Shown piece by piece: positions 14,062 to 28,270 of a stretch of 64,000 nt of DNA (its first letter is position 1; each line of letters starts with the position of its first letter). The notes beneath the pieces are model-generated. The model was not told the origin of the DNA. It worked only from the letters and a program-made list of their open reading frames with translations, and searched no databases. The position numbers and the translations under genes are program-made. The stretch lies in contig OX597829.1 in the NCBI GenBank assembly GCA_951406725.2, positions 55,366,001-55,430,000 of the forward strand, written 5' to 3'. This DNA comes from Octopus vulgaris. Taxonomy: Eukaryota.

Positions 14062-14724
14062 ATGCATATATATATCTATTTCGCACACATACATCTGCAT
14101 GTTTGGATATTTTTATGTTTGGGTGTGCGAGCGCGTGTGTTTGTATGCCCGAGCATGTACCTGTATGTGTGTGTGTGTGTGTGTGTTTATCTTTCGCTGA
14201 CGTATGTGAAGGATGTAAACATTAGTGAGGGGGTAAAATAAAAATAAATTAATTAGCGAGGAGGTATCATATGCGTAGGAGTGAGTACATGTTGCTACAA
14301 GTGCATTAAGAAGATAATTATAACGAAAATTTTGTTAGGTTCAGTGAATAATTAGTGATGCAAGTTGTAGCAGGATAAATGGTTAAGTATGGAAAAGTTA
14401 TGGGAAAGAAAATAAACAACTCTGGTCCGATCGACTGTTGTTACAAAAACCAGAAGCAATTTCTGCTTGTTTGGGACGACCACATAGTGACATAGGGCCC
14501 TAAATCAATACTTTGATAAAATGACTAGTGAAAGCGATGGCGGACTTTGTATCTACAGTTAACCATTGTACTCGGCGGTGTTGTCCAGTGTGAAGCAAGA
14601 TTGGAATTGTTATGCGCAAACAAAACAATTTATAGTTACATGGCGAAGTTGTTTGCTCCTGTTTTACTCTATAATTGCCACAAAGGGTTGCTCACCGGGA
14701 TAATACCTTCCTTCATCAACATCA

Positions 14725-14835
<111 letters not shown>

Positions 14836-15199
14836 CCGGTGATGTATCGATCTTACTGTATAATAGCATTTGTTGGTCGATACCTGAGGAGGACGATCTG
14901 TGTAAAGTAGACTAATAGGTTTATACGCGCGTTGAATTTACTTCTCTCTATATAAATATATATGTATGTAAATTTATTAAGGTAGGTATTCGCAATTTAC
15001 AACCAAAAGGCACAAGTATAGACGTCACTAAAATGATGGAGGCTGGTAGTCAGTACCAGCATTCCTAGAAATAAGAATCAAAACAACTCTTAGCCACGTA
15101 CTTACAACTGTTTTGACTTACCTAACAACTCTTTTTGACTCTTATTTCCAGCAATGCTCATACTGACTAGTACCGTCAGACACTTTAGTGACGAATGTG

Positions 15200-15580
15200 C
15201 GTACGTACGTATGTAACGTATGTATGTATGTATGTATGTATGTATGTATGTATGTATGTATGTATGTATGTGTGTGTGTATGTATGTGTGTATGTATGTG
15301 TGTGTGTATGTATGTATGTGTGTGTGTACGTATGTATGTATGTATGTATGTATGTATGTATGTGTGTATGTGTGTATGTATGTATGTATGTATGTATGTA
15401 TGTGTATGGGTGTATGTATGTATGCATGTATGTATGTATGTGTGTGTGTATGTATGTATGTATGTTCTATGTGTATTGTGTGTGTATGTATGTGCGTTCG
15501 TACGTGTGTGTATGTATATATGTACGTACATACGGACGTATCTCTCTCTCTCCCCCCTCCTCTCTCTCTCTCTCTCTCTA

Positions 15581-15634
<54 letters not shown>

Positions 15635-15635
15635 T
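15200..15635. repeat. (TATG)n/(CT)n/(TA)n compound array
   Basis: Seen directly. Confidence 0.95.
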
Positions 15636-15659
15636 TTACATGTGTGTATGTAAGTTACA

Positions 15660-16660
15660 TGCGCACATTTTTCCTAAACATGAGTCGGTTATATTACAGC
15701 AATGTCGGACATTAGCAAAAATATTTGCTCCAGTATCCAGATTTCGGTTCATCCGCAATGAAAGAGTTCGGAAGTGATCTTTTCAACCAGAAGAAAATGA
15801 TTGATGTGATGTTAAGTGAATTGGAAAGCCAGGTTCAATTAATGAAGTTCCTCGTTGCGGTTGCTTAGTGTCGGTGACGTCAGAAGAAAATGCTCAGGTC
15901 GTGAGACAGTATCGTTAACCCACTCATACATTTGTTATGAGTGTTTCATCTCAAATGAACATCTGTGAAGCATCATTGTCACGAATTATGAAGAACTGAT
16001 TTCAATCTACAACCCACCTCTGAAATCCCACAAACTGTAAATAAAGCCAAAAACTGACGATCGTTCTGAAGCTTGTGAGCAAATGTTGGTGTTTTTTTTT
16101 TATTAACTAACGATACCCGTATTATTGATTGCATAGTTACATCAGATGATGCATATCATGTGGACGACGACACATCTGGGTGCATTATACTTCTCATTAC
16201 AGTTACCAAAGGAACTGTAATGTTCATTGTGGCTAATCACAAATTGTGTCTTTCGAATACAATTCTCAATTCCAGTGTGAACTCGAAGTACATCAATGAA
16301 ATACTGGTATCTTATCTAGATGTTAACATATGACTTCTATTCTGTACTTTCACCGCCTCCGCGTAATGGAAATTCGCCACATTTTTCTAACATCGTAACA
16401 GCTAGACTTAACGACTAGATGTTATGATGTTAATCTAGCAAACTAGACTAATCATTGACTTAAACAACATTGAATATTTTGTGACTTGACTGTTCCAATT
16501 TTCTTCTTGTGGAGATGTGTTTAAAAAAATGGAAAAGCAAGGGGGCTACCAATACTACATTCAAGAACTAAGAGCTGCATTCATTAAACGCATTTTCAGA
16601 CTTGACAGCTGATTTATATCTCAAGATTTGCCAACCTGTGCCCAAAGAACAGCATTCCTG
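15660..16660 (+). mobile_element. Highly degenerate Tc1/mariner-like relic
   Basis: IVTSDDAY and DLT...FFLW-like remnants in transposase order. Confidence 0.4.
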
Positions 16661-16797
16661 GCACGTTCTAAACTCTGATTTCGCTATAGTCAATATTTGA
16701 TGTTTTATTTAATAAATATTCTAGTATTTGCAGTAAAGTTTTCTACATCAGTTTCTCTTTGCACATATTATCGTACAACTTATGGCAGAATGTTTCG

Positions 16798-16861
<64 letters not shown>

Positions 16862-17170
16862 ACTCCTTCACTCTTCGTACAGACACACACGCGCAAGCAC
16901 ACACATCATATCTATACAGTAGTAAGGAATTTTTCACGTAGACTAATTGCCAAATCTACAATATCAAACGACTTACCCTGAATATTACCTTCGAAAATGT
17001 GTGATTTCGTAGAACAAAATCCAACAGATTTTAGTTTACCGCATCTGCGCATGTGTCCGGGATTATTGCATTAACGTACATCGACAAAGACATTCTGCCT
17101 ACCAAAAAGTGTTATACACTTGTACGTTGTATTGGCATAAAGTGTAGACATTTTTGGACCCGTGACATTA

Positions 17171-18086
17171 CAACGTGTATCAAAAAGTTCCCGGACTTGT
17201 TATGTTTAAATAGAAAATATAACTTATTTACCAAAGTTTTAATATCATCTCTTTCGAAATAGTCATCATACACAGAAATACATCGGTCCCAGCGTTATTG
17301 CCACTTTTGAAATTGGCTCTGAAAGTAATTTTCTGTAAGTGGGTCGAGGACCTTCGATTCGTTCTGGATCTCGACAACGGTATTAAAACGGTAACATTTG
17401 AACTGTATTTTCATTTTGGGGAAAATATGGAAGTCTGCTGGTGCTAAAACTGGTGAATATAGCGGATACGGAAGTGATACCATGTTGTTTTTGGCGAGAA
17501 ACTCATGAGTGAGGAAAGCTCGGTGACTGCATTGTTATTGTGAAGAATCCAGTTCTTCACGTTCCATAGATCCGGTTGCCTTCGCCGAATGTCCTTCCCC
17601 AAACGCTTCAAAACGTCGCAACAGAACTCTCAGTTAACGGTCTGACCCTGTGAGATGAATTCTCGATGCACAATACCACATTTCCTGGAGTGACGCTCGT
17701 GGCACGTCTTCAAGATTCCTCATCGCCATCCAGAGACGTTCATCCGCCTTTGAAGCGCCCGTGCCTTGAAACCCATTGCATACAACCCATTGCCTCGTCG
17801 CGTAAGCTTGAGGAAATATGCTCAATGTCTCTGTAACAAAATTCCGAAATTTAACGCAAAATATCACGTTGGTTCTTTGTTCCTGTCCATGACAAAATCA
17901 CAGACAAACACAGCATACAAGTGATCGCAAAAACACAAATTTCACAACTTGCAAAGTAAACACAGCGATGTCACTCGGAACATTGCCTCATAAAGGTCAC
18001 TGTTAGCGCTCACTGCACACCAAACCTGTGCTACCATCTCTTGGTGTGCTACAGAACTAGATCGGGAACATTTTGATACTACTTCG
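17171..18086 (-). mobile_element. Internally deleted mariner-type transposon
   Basis: Imperfect TIRs GTATCAAAA.GTTCCCG; FCVK...TETL and YSPVLAPADFHIFPKMK motifs. Confidence 0.85.
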
Positions 18087-18289
18087 GCGCTATAAAATGT
18101 TTAATGAATAAAAGAGTTAGTAAAGCCCCGAAGATATAATTGAAAACATCGATTTATCACATTTCTGTAGACCTTATTATACATATGATCAGCGACTATC
18201 AAAAAATAATGTCATAAATTTACTACGTTTCAATGCGCAAACTATATTTATATTTTTGTTTGTCGAACAATATTCAATGTCAAAAACAG

Positions 18290-18533
18290 GAAGTTGTTTT
18301 TGAAAGGAAAGCGTTCCCAGATGATGCAGCCTTGCTTTCTGAAGTCACGTCGTGGTTGGAGGACCAAGCTGGGTCTTCTACAAAAACGGTCTCCAGAGCT
18401 GCATCTAAGGATGGGAGAAATGCGTAACTCTGGGTGGTTCCTATGTAGAAAAAGACTAATAACTGTGCCAAGTTTCGTTGCTCTACTGCTATGGGAAGTG
18501 GGTCAGGGGCATTACTTCTTGAAGGCCCCTCGT
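18290..18533 (+). mobile_element. Mariner 3' fragment with right TIR
   Basis: KAFPDDAALLSEVTSWLEDQ...WEKCVTLGGSYVEK; ends GAAGGCCCCTCG-TA. Confidence 0.75.
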
Positions 18534-18534
18534 A

Positions 18535-18760
18535 TGTCTGGGAATTAAAAGAAAAAGAAGCCCGACCTTTCAACGTGTCATGGAGTATTTTGGATAGAGC
18601 GGCACCATACAGGCACGGTACGCATAAGAAAAATTTCAAGTGCGATTTATGTCTGCTGGAAAAATATTTTATTTTATTCCAAGACAATAATTCTTTAAAT
18701 CAAAGAAGTGAACTACTGAATTCATGCAGACACGCAGCTAAATTTAAAATGTCGACTAGC
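18535..18760 (+). mobile_element. Penelope-like element, GIY-YIG endonuclease C-terminal remnant (Naiad-like)
   Basis: VWELKEK...WSILDRAAPY...CDLCLLEKYFI...LNQRSELLNSCRHAAKF. Confidence 0.75.
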
Positions 18761-18845
18761 AATATCCCATATGGATTGCGTATATTTTTGATTCTTGGAC
18801 TAGTTTTTAATCACATTGTTGGATTTGTTTCATATTATGCTTGAG

Positions 18846-19010
18846 GGAGTGGCTGTGTGGTAAGTAGCTTGCTTACCAACCACATGGTTCCGGGTTCAGT
18901 CCCACTGCGTGGCATCTTGGGCAAGTGTCTTCTGCTATAGCCCCGGGCCGACCAATGCCTTGTGAGTGGATTTGGTAGACAGAAACTGAAAGAAGCCTGT
19001 CGTATATATG

Positions 19011-19050
<40 letters not shown>

Positions 19051-19265
19051 TTTGTCTGTGTTTGTCCCCCTAGCATTGCTTGACAACCGATGCTGGTGTG
19101 TTTACGTCCCCGTCACTTAGCGGTTCGGCAAAAGAGACCGATAGAATAAGTACTGGGCTTACAAAGAATAAGTCCCGGGGTCGATTTGCTCGACTAAAGG
19201 CGGTGCTCCAGCATGGCCGCAGTCAAATGACTGAAACAAGTAAAAGAGTAAAAGAGTAAAAGAGT
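18846..19265 (+). mobile_element. SINE family A, young subfamily
   Basis: Full length, with a (GTAAAAGA)n terminal repeat. Confidence 0.9.
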
Positions 19266-20087
19266 ATTTCGATATATTTCTTAAGAAAAACCTTCGACTG
19301 TTATATACTAATATTATTTTCTTGTTTAGGATTCTGCTTTCATTTTATTTCATTTTATTGTATTTTATAAACCCACTTTGGTCGTTTAATTTATAGATAA
19401 TTCAATTTAGGGTGTTATATTTTGCATGTCCTTTATCTAAAATTTATAATTATGCACTCAGCAATTTAAAAAAAAAAGTTGTTTGTATATACGTCAGATC
19501 CTAGACATGTTTTTATGTGAATATTTGTATTGGCATGTATATGTATTCGCATGCACGCCTCTATGTATATGTGTAAGTGAGCGTGTATGTTTATACTTAT
19601 GCACATATATACATGGATGTATATGTATGCATGTATTCACTTGTGGATGTGTATTTACGAACTTATCTCTATATATTTGTATATGTGTCCTTATATGTGT
19701 ATTTACTGCTAATATACACTTTTATATACACACATTACGCATATTCAGACTTCTTTCTTTCTTCCTTTCTTTCCTTATTATTTTTTCTCTCCCTATTCGT
19801 TACTTGTATAGGGTCCTGTAACGTTCTCATACTCACTTCTTTAGCTTTCTGTTGCTTATAAGATCGTTACCTTTTCTTTTCTTTTTCTTCCCCCTCTCTG
19901 CGTTTTTACTTCTAGTCTACATGTATACACCAAGTGATTTTGGCATGCGGGCAAGATTGCGTATACATATGTATATGTGTATTTGAGTGTATATTTACGT
20001 TTTGCATTTATATGTCTGCATATGTATGTGGTCTGTGTACATCTATCTGTGTATTTTGATGTATATATGTATATTGATGGTTTAGTA

Positions 20088-20492
20088 TCTCTTTTACTCT
20101 TTACTCTTTTACTTGTTTCAGTCATTTGACTGCGGCCATGCTGGAGCACCGCCTCAAAATCGAGCAACTCGACCCCGGGACTTATTCTTTGTAAGTCCAG
20201 TACTTATTCTATCGGTCTCTTTTGCCGAACCGCTAAGTGACGGGGACGTAAACACACCAGCATCGGTTGTCAAGCAATGCTAGGGGGACAAACACAGACA
20301 CACAAACACACACACGCATACATATATACGATAGGCTTCTTTCAGTTTCTGTCTACCAAATCCACTCACAAGGCATTGGTCGGCCCGGGGCTATAGCAGA
20401 AGACACTTGCCCAAGATGCCACGCAGTGGGACTGAACCCGGAACCATGTGGTTGGTTAGCAAGCTACTTACCACACAGCCATTCCTGCGCCT
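20088..20492 (-). mobile_element. SINE family A, young subfamily
   Basis: Full length; near reverse complement of 18846-19265. Confidence 0.9.
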
Positions 20493-20767
20493 ACTCCAGT
20501 ATGAGTATATACTGTTGTGAAATATTTGAATATATTTTAATTTTTATGTATTAATTGTATTAATCGAATTATATTTTCTATATAATTAATGATAATATAT
20601 ATTTTGAATCCGCTCTTCAATTTAAGGTTTTTCCTCGATTTTTATAATTAATATTGAATTCATTTATTTTGTTTATTTTGTTTATCGCATGCAAGACCGT
20701 AATTTGAAAGGACTAATGAAACAAATCCATTTTTAAAGGTGTATCCTTTAGCTAGTGTTGATCAAAT

Positions 20768-21206
20768 GGATCTTTTCGGTTTGACCGGCAGTTTTTTAAA
20801 ATAATTTCCACGTAACTAAACACTTTTAAACTTCGTATACTGGTAGAATGTGTTTATAAAACATCTTTTCTCTTGGCTTTATTGAGAAAATTCTATAGTT
20901 TGTAAGATATTTGTTGTTGTTTTTTTCTTCAATTTCTGCAATTTCAACCAATCAATGACGTCTATTGAGGTTTAAACATTCTGTGCCGTATGAATATGTC
21001 CCTCGTTTTAGAAACAGATTGGGTTTATTTACATTTGTGAAGAAAAAAAATATTCTTCCCCCACCCCTAACCCTAACTAACCCTAACTCTAACCCTAACC
21101 CTAAAACAGATTGAAATGCAATAGATCGATACTAGGGTCATAATTATGGGTGACAATTTCATATGACACCGCTAGAAAAAAACTGCCGTTCAAACCGAAA
21201 AGATCC
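20768..21206. mobile_element. MITE with GG..CC TIRs, 8-bp TSD and internal CCCTAA repeats (Merlin- or Mutator-like)
   Basis: TIR GGATCTTTTCGGTTTGA.CGGCAGTTTTT; TSD GATCAAAT at 20760 and 21207. Confidence 0.9.
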
Positions 21207-21342
21207 GATCAAATTGTTATTTTGGTTCTATTTTAACAAAACTGTCCGACGAACAGGAATGTGAAACTCTGAGTAACAGCTTTTGTTATATTTCTGCTGC
21301 TTTTAAATAAATTGTATATATATATATATTTACACACGCACG

Positions 21343-21389
<47 letters not shown>

Positions 21390-21573
21390 CTGTTGCTAAC
21401 CGTAAGCTATAAAACAATCTTTCCAGCTTATCAAACTTCGATTCGGGGAAAATTTACAATCTTCTACGTCAATAAAGCACTATTCTTCCTGAAAGTTGTT
21501 TTTTATGCCTTCTACAGATTGCTCGAAGCTTACTATTTTCCTAAACCTTGATCCCTTGATATATGTGTGTGTG

Positions 21574-21604
<31 letters not shown>

Positions 21605-21649
21605 AGGGGAGAGGAGAGAGATAAACAGACAGACAGACAGACAGACGTC

Positions 21650-22849
21650 TGTGAGTTTGGAGAGAGATATTATCCGGGCGGATGCCGTGGTGGCTCTCAG
21701 TTATGTTCCAGCTTACGGCTAACCACATCGATCAGTATTTAATGTCTATGACTACTATTAGTTGTCAGTCACTCAGTAAATTCCTCTGATGGGTAATTCC
21801 GTGTTTGCTTCACTGGTCGGTAATACTGTCTTGAATATATATTAGCAATGGTTATTACGATAAAGAATATGGAGACTTGTTCATCCCCAAAATTCATTTC
21901 CTCCTTTTCTTACAATTTTATACAACATATTATCTTGGTCTTTATGACCAACACGTTTCCACTGCACGGAGGACAGACAGTTGCAGATGCAACCTGGTGC
22001 GATTTTCGGTGCAGCATTTTTATACTAATATTTTACACCGAGAAATACATTACTTAAAACCAGACTTGTACAGGCCTTAAGGTGTTTACACAAGCACAAT
22101 AAAACATTTTAATGCCCCACCTAAAGTTGAGTGTGAAAGGATAGATGGAAGAACGTATCATAAAACCCCAAAAATTCATGGTCCTCCTTAACAAACTTAG
22201 CATATATTCTATCCAGTGTATATCGCAAAAGAACACAGCCAAGATAATGACTATATGAACAACTAAACATAATACACCACAAGCACTGCACTTAAAAACC
22301 AGGCTACAGCATACTCAACCAGGGAACCTTGCGAAAACACTAACATCAACCTTGGCCTAATTAGAACAAGTCTACAAAGGGATCAGATTTTAGTTCAAAA
22401 GCAATGCCCCACCCACCCCTACCCCTGAACCCTAACTAACAAACAACTAAGTCCACTCAGGTCGCTATGAAACTAGGCAAATAGATAAACCCTGAAGAAG
22501 CTGCAGCGAAAATGGTGCCAAGTTGCATCTGCAACTGTCTGTCCTCCGTGCAGTGGACACGTTTGTAGGACATAAAGACCATAATGATATGTTGTATAAA
22601 ATAGGAAAATAGGAGGAAATGAATTTTGGGGATGAACAAGTCTCCGTGTTTTATATCGTTGTAATTATTGCTAATATATACACAAGACAGTATTACCGTG
22701 AAGCGAACACGGAATTACTCATCGGAGTGACTGACAATTAATACTAGTCATAGACGTTGAATACAGATCGATGTGGTTAGCTGTAACCGGGAACATAACT
22801 GAGATCCACTACGGTATCCGCCCGGATAATATCTCTCTCCAAACTCACA
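21650..22849 (+). mobile_element. Foldback insertion with ~360-bp inverted arms; probable Penelope-like inverted pLTR + truncated body + pLTR
   Basis: 21650-22016 is a diverged reverse complement of 22500-22849. CTGAAGA-AGCTGCAGC-GAAA at 22492-22511. No TSD seen. Confidence 0.6.
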
Positions 22850-23062
22850 AATGCATATATATATGTATATGTATTTATATATGCATATATATGTATGTAG
22901 GTATATATATATATATACAAATAAGAAAATGGAGGAACAAATTCATTTCGATCATCAACTTACAGAAATTACAATTTCATATTATTTATTAATTATCACC
23001 AACAGTATATTGGATAACTGATATCCCATAGTGGGTTACCCTCATAACCCCTATCTTACTTT

Positions 23063-23104
<42 letters not shown>

Positions 23105-23109
<5 letters not shown>

Positions 23110-23272
23110 CCATGATTGACCGCTAACACCACAAGTTCTTTTATTCTCTTTATTTTCTCGTGTTCCTTTCTGTTGAAGAGCGTAGGCTCGAAACGTAAAA
23201 AAACTTTCTTACCTTCCCGAGCGTCAAATTAATACACATACTTGTTTTTTTTTTTTTTTTGTAAATTTAAAC
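23105..23272 (+). mobile_element. Second copy of the (TA)n-embedded hammerhead-like element
   Basis: TTT-CTGTTGA-AGAGCGTAGGCTC-GAAACGTA-AAA at 23167-23200, followed by TTCCCGAGCGTCAAATTAATACA, similar to the 33170 region. Confidence 0.65.
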
Positions 23273-23568
23273 TATATATATATATATATATATACATACA
23301 TATATACATATATATTAATTATTTGAGGGAATATTATTCCTAACTTACAGGGAAAAATTCAATTTAGAAATACTAAATCAAATTTCACAAAATATAATAT
23401 ATATAAAAATTAGAAAAAAACCACCTTTTATCAATTCAAAATGAACAATTAAATTACACCATCTAGAAAATTACATATAATAGAAATATTAAAATTAAAA
23501 TAACAATAATATACCGATGATTAAGTAAATTACAAAATAATAATATAACGTATATATTTGGTGTGTAC

Positions 23569-23621
<53 letters not shown>

Positions 23622-23683
23622 AACAGTAAGATAACAAAAGAAAGAAAGAAACCTCAATATTATGTAAATAGAGGAAATTTATC

Positions 23684-24044
<361 letters not shown>

Positions 24045-24118
24045 AATATATATGTATATATATATACACATACACACACATATACATATACATATATATA
24101 TATACACACAGACAGATA

Positions 24119-25380
24119 CAGGAGTTGGATAAAATAATGGAAACACCTTTAAATTTCAAACAAATTTATTTTAATATGGTGTAGGACCGCCTTTGGCAGC
24201 AATTACAGGTTGAATTCTACGAGTTATAGACTCGTACAAAGTTTGAATTGTTTCCATCCTCCATCTAAAACAGTCTCCGGTTCTTGTAGTGATGATAGTG
24301 GAGGATATCGACTCCTTACTTATTTTCTAAAAAGCACCATAAATGTTCAATAATATTGAGATCTGGGGACTGTGGTGACCAGATAAGATGTTCAACTTCA
24401 CTAGAATGTTCCTCGTACCAATCAGTAAACAACTTTAGCTGTGTGAATTGGTGCATTATCATCCTGAAAGATTGTGTTTCCCTCCGGAAACAGTTCTGCA
24501 ACCATAGGATGAATTTGATCAGATAAAATGCTTAAATGGTCTTGACTATTAATTCTGCCATGACGGGAAACCATTGGGCCAATGAACTTCCAAGATATAG
24601 CCCCCTCCCCCCAGATCAGCTCGGATATTCCTCCATGTTTAACAGTTGGAAGAAGGCAATCTGGATCAAATGCTTCCTTTTGTCTGTCTCCACACATACT
24701 CGACCGGTGGACGGAAATAAAGTAAAGGATGACTCGACTGAGAAAATAGCATTCTTCCACTGCTCTAGGGACCAATTCTGTAGGTTTTTACTCCACTCTA
24801 AACGCTTTGCAACATTTGTTTTTGAAAGTAGCGGTTTCCTGATTGCAGCCCTCCCATGAAATCCGTCTTTGTGCAGCTCCCGGCGAGCAGTTTTTGTGGA
24901 AACTGGGTTCTCGAGGTGATCATTAAGCTCTACAGTAATTTTGGGAGCTATACTTTTGTGATCTTTTCTAACAATTCGTGTAAGAGTCTGACGGTCCCTA
25001 TCTGAAAGTTTTGGTTTTCTTCTGGAATTTTGTTTCTATGAGGAGGTTTTTCCCTCTTTCTCAAAGATTGTCATTACTTTCGAGACAGTAAATCTTGATA
25101 CACCAAACATTTCGGCTGTTTTCGTCACGCTAGCGCCAGCCATAAGAGCACCAACAATTTGACCTCTTTGAAAGTCCGATAGATCTGTCATTTTAATGAA
25201 TTTTAATTACCTTTTCCTGATGACATTTGAAAACAAACAGCAATTTTATCAGAACATATTAAGCAAGACTAACAATAAATCAAAAAGCATAAAAATAAAC
25301 AAACTTTTGACGGTTTTATTGATATTTCAAACTTATGATGCTATGATGCGAGGTGTTTCCATTATTTCGTCCAAGCCCTG
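24119..25380 (-). mobile_element. Tc1-family DNA transposon with both termini and a decayed transposase
   Basis: ~30-bp TIRs (CAGG.GTTGGA.AAAATAATGGAAACACCT) flanked by TA; MTDLSDFQRGQIVGA..., TVKHGG, FQDDNAPIH, WSPQSPDLNIIEHLW. Confidence 0.95.
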
Positions 25381-25473
<93 letters not shown>

Positions 25474-25629
25474 ATGTATATGTATATATATATGCACATA
25501 CATATATATGCAAATATATACATATATGCATATATAAATATGTATGCGCATTTACATATATGCGCATATATATGTGCGCATATATATATATATGCTCATA
25601 TATATATATATACATACACAAACACACGC

Positions 25630-26530
25630 ACTAGCAATGCGTCCCGGCGTTGCCTGGGTATTATGACCTACAGGCACATTGTATTATTTGCTCCTTATTT
25701 ATGGGCAGAATCGGCACATCTGATATATAGTTAATGCCATAATGGAAGTTATTGTTTGTTTAAAAGTGAAGGGTGGGGAGGGTACAATTTTCATTGGTTT
25801 GCATGCAAGTGCTTTCTGTTCTCAAGAAAGATCACAAACTATGTATTGTTTCATCGTATAAAAGAGGGTTAATACGATTTTGTCCAGAAATCACGTTATC
25901 AAAATTTTAATTTTCCCCCACACCCTCACCGCAATTTTTAAATTTGTAACTCTTTCGATTTTTTTTGTTATCTACGTAGAAAAATACAGAGATTACGAAT
26001 CTGGGAAACACATATATTTCTTATAGTTTAATTTTTCTTAAAGAAACACTCAGTACCCCTTCCCTCACCTTGTCCACCCATCACCTACTAGCTTTCACTT
26101 TTGTGTGATGTATCCCGCATGCGTAGAATTCTACCGAAATTGCAGACGTAAAAAAATACCAGACCACCACCAGAAAACCTATCATGCTAGAAACAACAAG
26201 CAAACGACATTATTTCTAAAGAAACTTCCCCGCTTTCCAAAAAGCCAAAATTGAAACATTGGGAGTTTGTATCTTTTTGAAAGTGGTGAGGTGATGGGTA
26301 AAATTCTTGAAGATTCGTAGCTCTATTTTTTTCTCCATGGATTATTAAGATAAAAAAATTAAAAGTAAAAAATGAATTTGGTGTGGAAGAGGGAGAAAAT
26401 TAAAATATTGAGAACGTGTTTTGTGGGTGAAAACTTAAAGTCCTGTATCGCAAGAAATATAGGAAATAAATAAGGCGAAGGAGCGGAAATGTCAACTCAG
26501 ACATGCTAGACAGAGGAGATAAAGGACAGG
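25630..26530 (-). mobile_element. Possible non-autonomous Helitron-like element
   Basis: Minus-strand hairpin CCCAGGCAACGCCGGG followed by CTAG|T terminus; internal inverted repeat 25890-26005 vs 26310-26420; far boundary uncertain. Confidence 0.45.
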
Positions 26531-26890
26531 ACTTCTGGGAAAACTTTCTTTTAAGCTTGTATCAAAGATCAGATTTTAAGTACGCTCATCACAAACACAA
26601 ATTACACAATAGAAAAATATCATAACAGAGAGGACCTAGTGGTCGTGGACAAAAAGCACCACATATGCTATATAGTTGATGTTGCATGCCCCTTTGACCC
26701 ACTAACATTCAAGAAGGAAGGCGAAAAGCTAGCTAGCTAGTGAGATAGATACAACCCTCATAAGCACGAAATAGCCCGGCAATGGAAAGTGAAGAAGGTA
26801 AAGGTAGTGCCAATTATTGTTGGGTCCTTGGGAACAGTATCAGAAGGCATCAAGGGGAATATAAAGGAAATTGGAACAGAGTGCCCGTGC
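26530..26890 (+). mobile_element. 3' fragment of the same R4/Dong-like family
   Basis: DLVVVDKKHHICYIVDVACPFDP...KKVKVVPIIVGSLGTVSEGIKG; clearly similar to the reverse complement of 7800-8160. Confidence 0.85.
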
Positions 26891-26984
26891 CTGTGTCTGC
26901 TCGCAAATCTTAACTATGAAAATCAATTAGTGAACGCATGGTACAAGATAATAATGGTCATCCTCGATTCTGATTTATGACAAA

Positions 26985-27376
26985 TCCATATGTCCGTCCA
27001 TCCATCGATCCATCCATCTATCGATTCTCTCATCCACCCATCCATTAATTTATCCATCCATCCACCCCTGCAACCCATCCATCCAGTCATCCATTCATTC
27101 CATGTATCCAGCCATCCGTCCACCCATCCATCAGTCCACAAACCGGTTCATTCATTCATTCATCCACCTATCTATCCACTCATCCACTTGCTCAATCGAA
27201 ACCTACCTACCTACCTCTCTCTCTCTCTTTCGTTCTACCTACCTACCTACCTACCTACCTACCTACCTACCTACCTACCTACCTACCTACCTACCTACCT
27301 ACCTACATACATACATACATACATACATACATACATACATACATACCTACCTACCTACCTACCTATCTATCTACCT
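26985..27376. repeat. (CCAT)n/(CCTA)n/(CATA)n compound array
   Basis: Seen directly. Confidence 0.9.
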
Positions 27377-28195
27377 GACCCGAATGTTCAAGACGACTTT
27401 CGGGCAGAGACCTATGGACAACTTCCAGAGATCCCTGGCCTGGCAGTGCTATCGAGAAGCGCTACCCGTTCGGGATAAGCTCTACAGGCATGACTCGAGA
27501 AACACTGGGCCGACCTGTCTGAGATGCGGTCAGAGCGACGAAACTGTTCTACACGCACTCGTACAGTGTCCAACCATTTCCGACCTGTGGGACTACGTCG
27601 AACGACTGCTATCGCGTGTGGGACGAGTCAGTTTATCAACTGAGTCTATCGTGAATATTGTCCGCCTCCTTCCTTGAAACGGGAAGGAAGAGCCATTTGT
27701 ATTGTACTTGTGGTTATGGGAAAAGAATGTGTATGGTGGACGCGTCTGAAAGGATTGGAGACGAACACTTTCCTTTCTGGTCAATCTCACATCAACTTCT
27801 TCAAGTGTCACTTGAAGAGGAAGGTGAGAGTAGAGAGGGAAGTTTTGTCTAGTTAATGTTTTAAAAAAAGATGGGTGAATGTAGCAAAGTTGGTACGTGT
27901 CAATGACGGAGCCAGCTTGAGCATGATCCTATGAACCAAAAAAAAAGAAAGAAAGGAAAAAAGAGAGTCACTGTAATGTGTTTTTTGCATGACATCATTG
28001 TCCGAGGTTACCGTGTTTTTTCCGTAGGCTTTTCTTTCCACGGATAAACCTAATCTGTTTCCCATTTTACACTATGACACTTCTGTGACACACGATCCCT
28101 ATTGGTCGTTTTTTTTCTTTTCTTCCCCAAAAGAAAAGTTTTACTTTGTATTTTGTCCCCTCTCTGTTCAGCCCTGTGTGGCCAATAAAGAAACA
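27377..28195 (+). mobile_element. 5'-truncated L1/Tx1-clade LINE (ORF2 C-terminal zinc-binding region plus 3' UTR)
   Basis: [17 protein letters not shown]...CLRCGQSDETVLHALVQC..W (zf-RVT-like); T-rich UTR; AATAAA at 28184; (CTAT)n flanks. Confidence 0.85.

Positions 28196-28270
<75 letters not shown>

Noticed and set aside
21060-21105. Telomere or chromosome-fusion relic
   Set aside because: Repeats are internal to a MITE bounded by TSDs.
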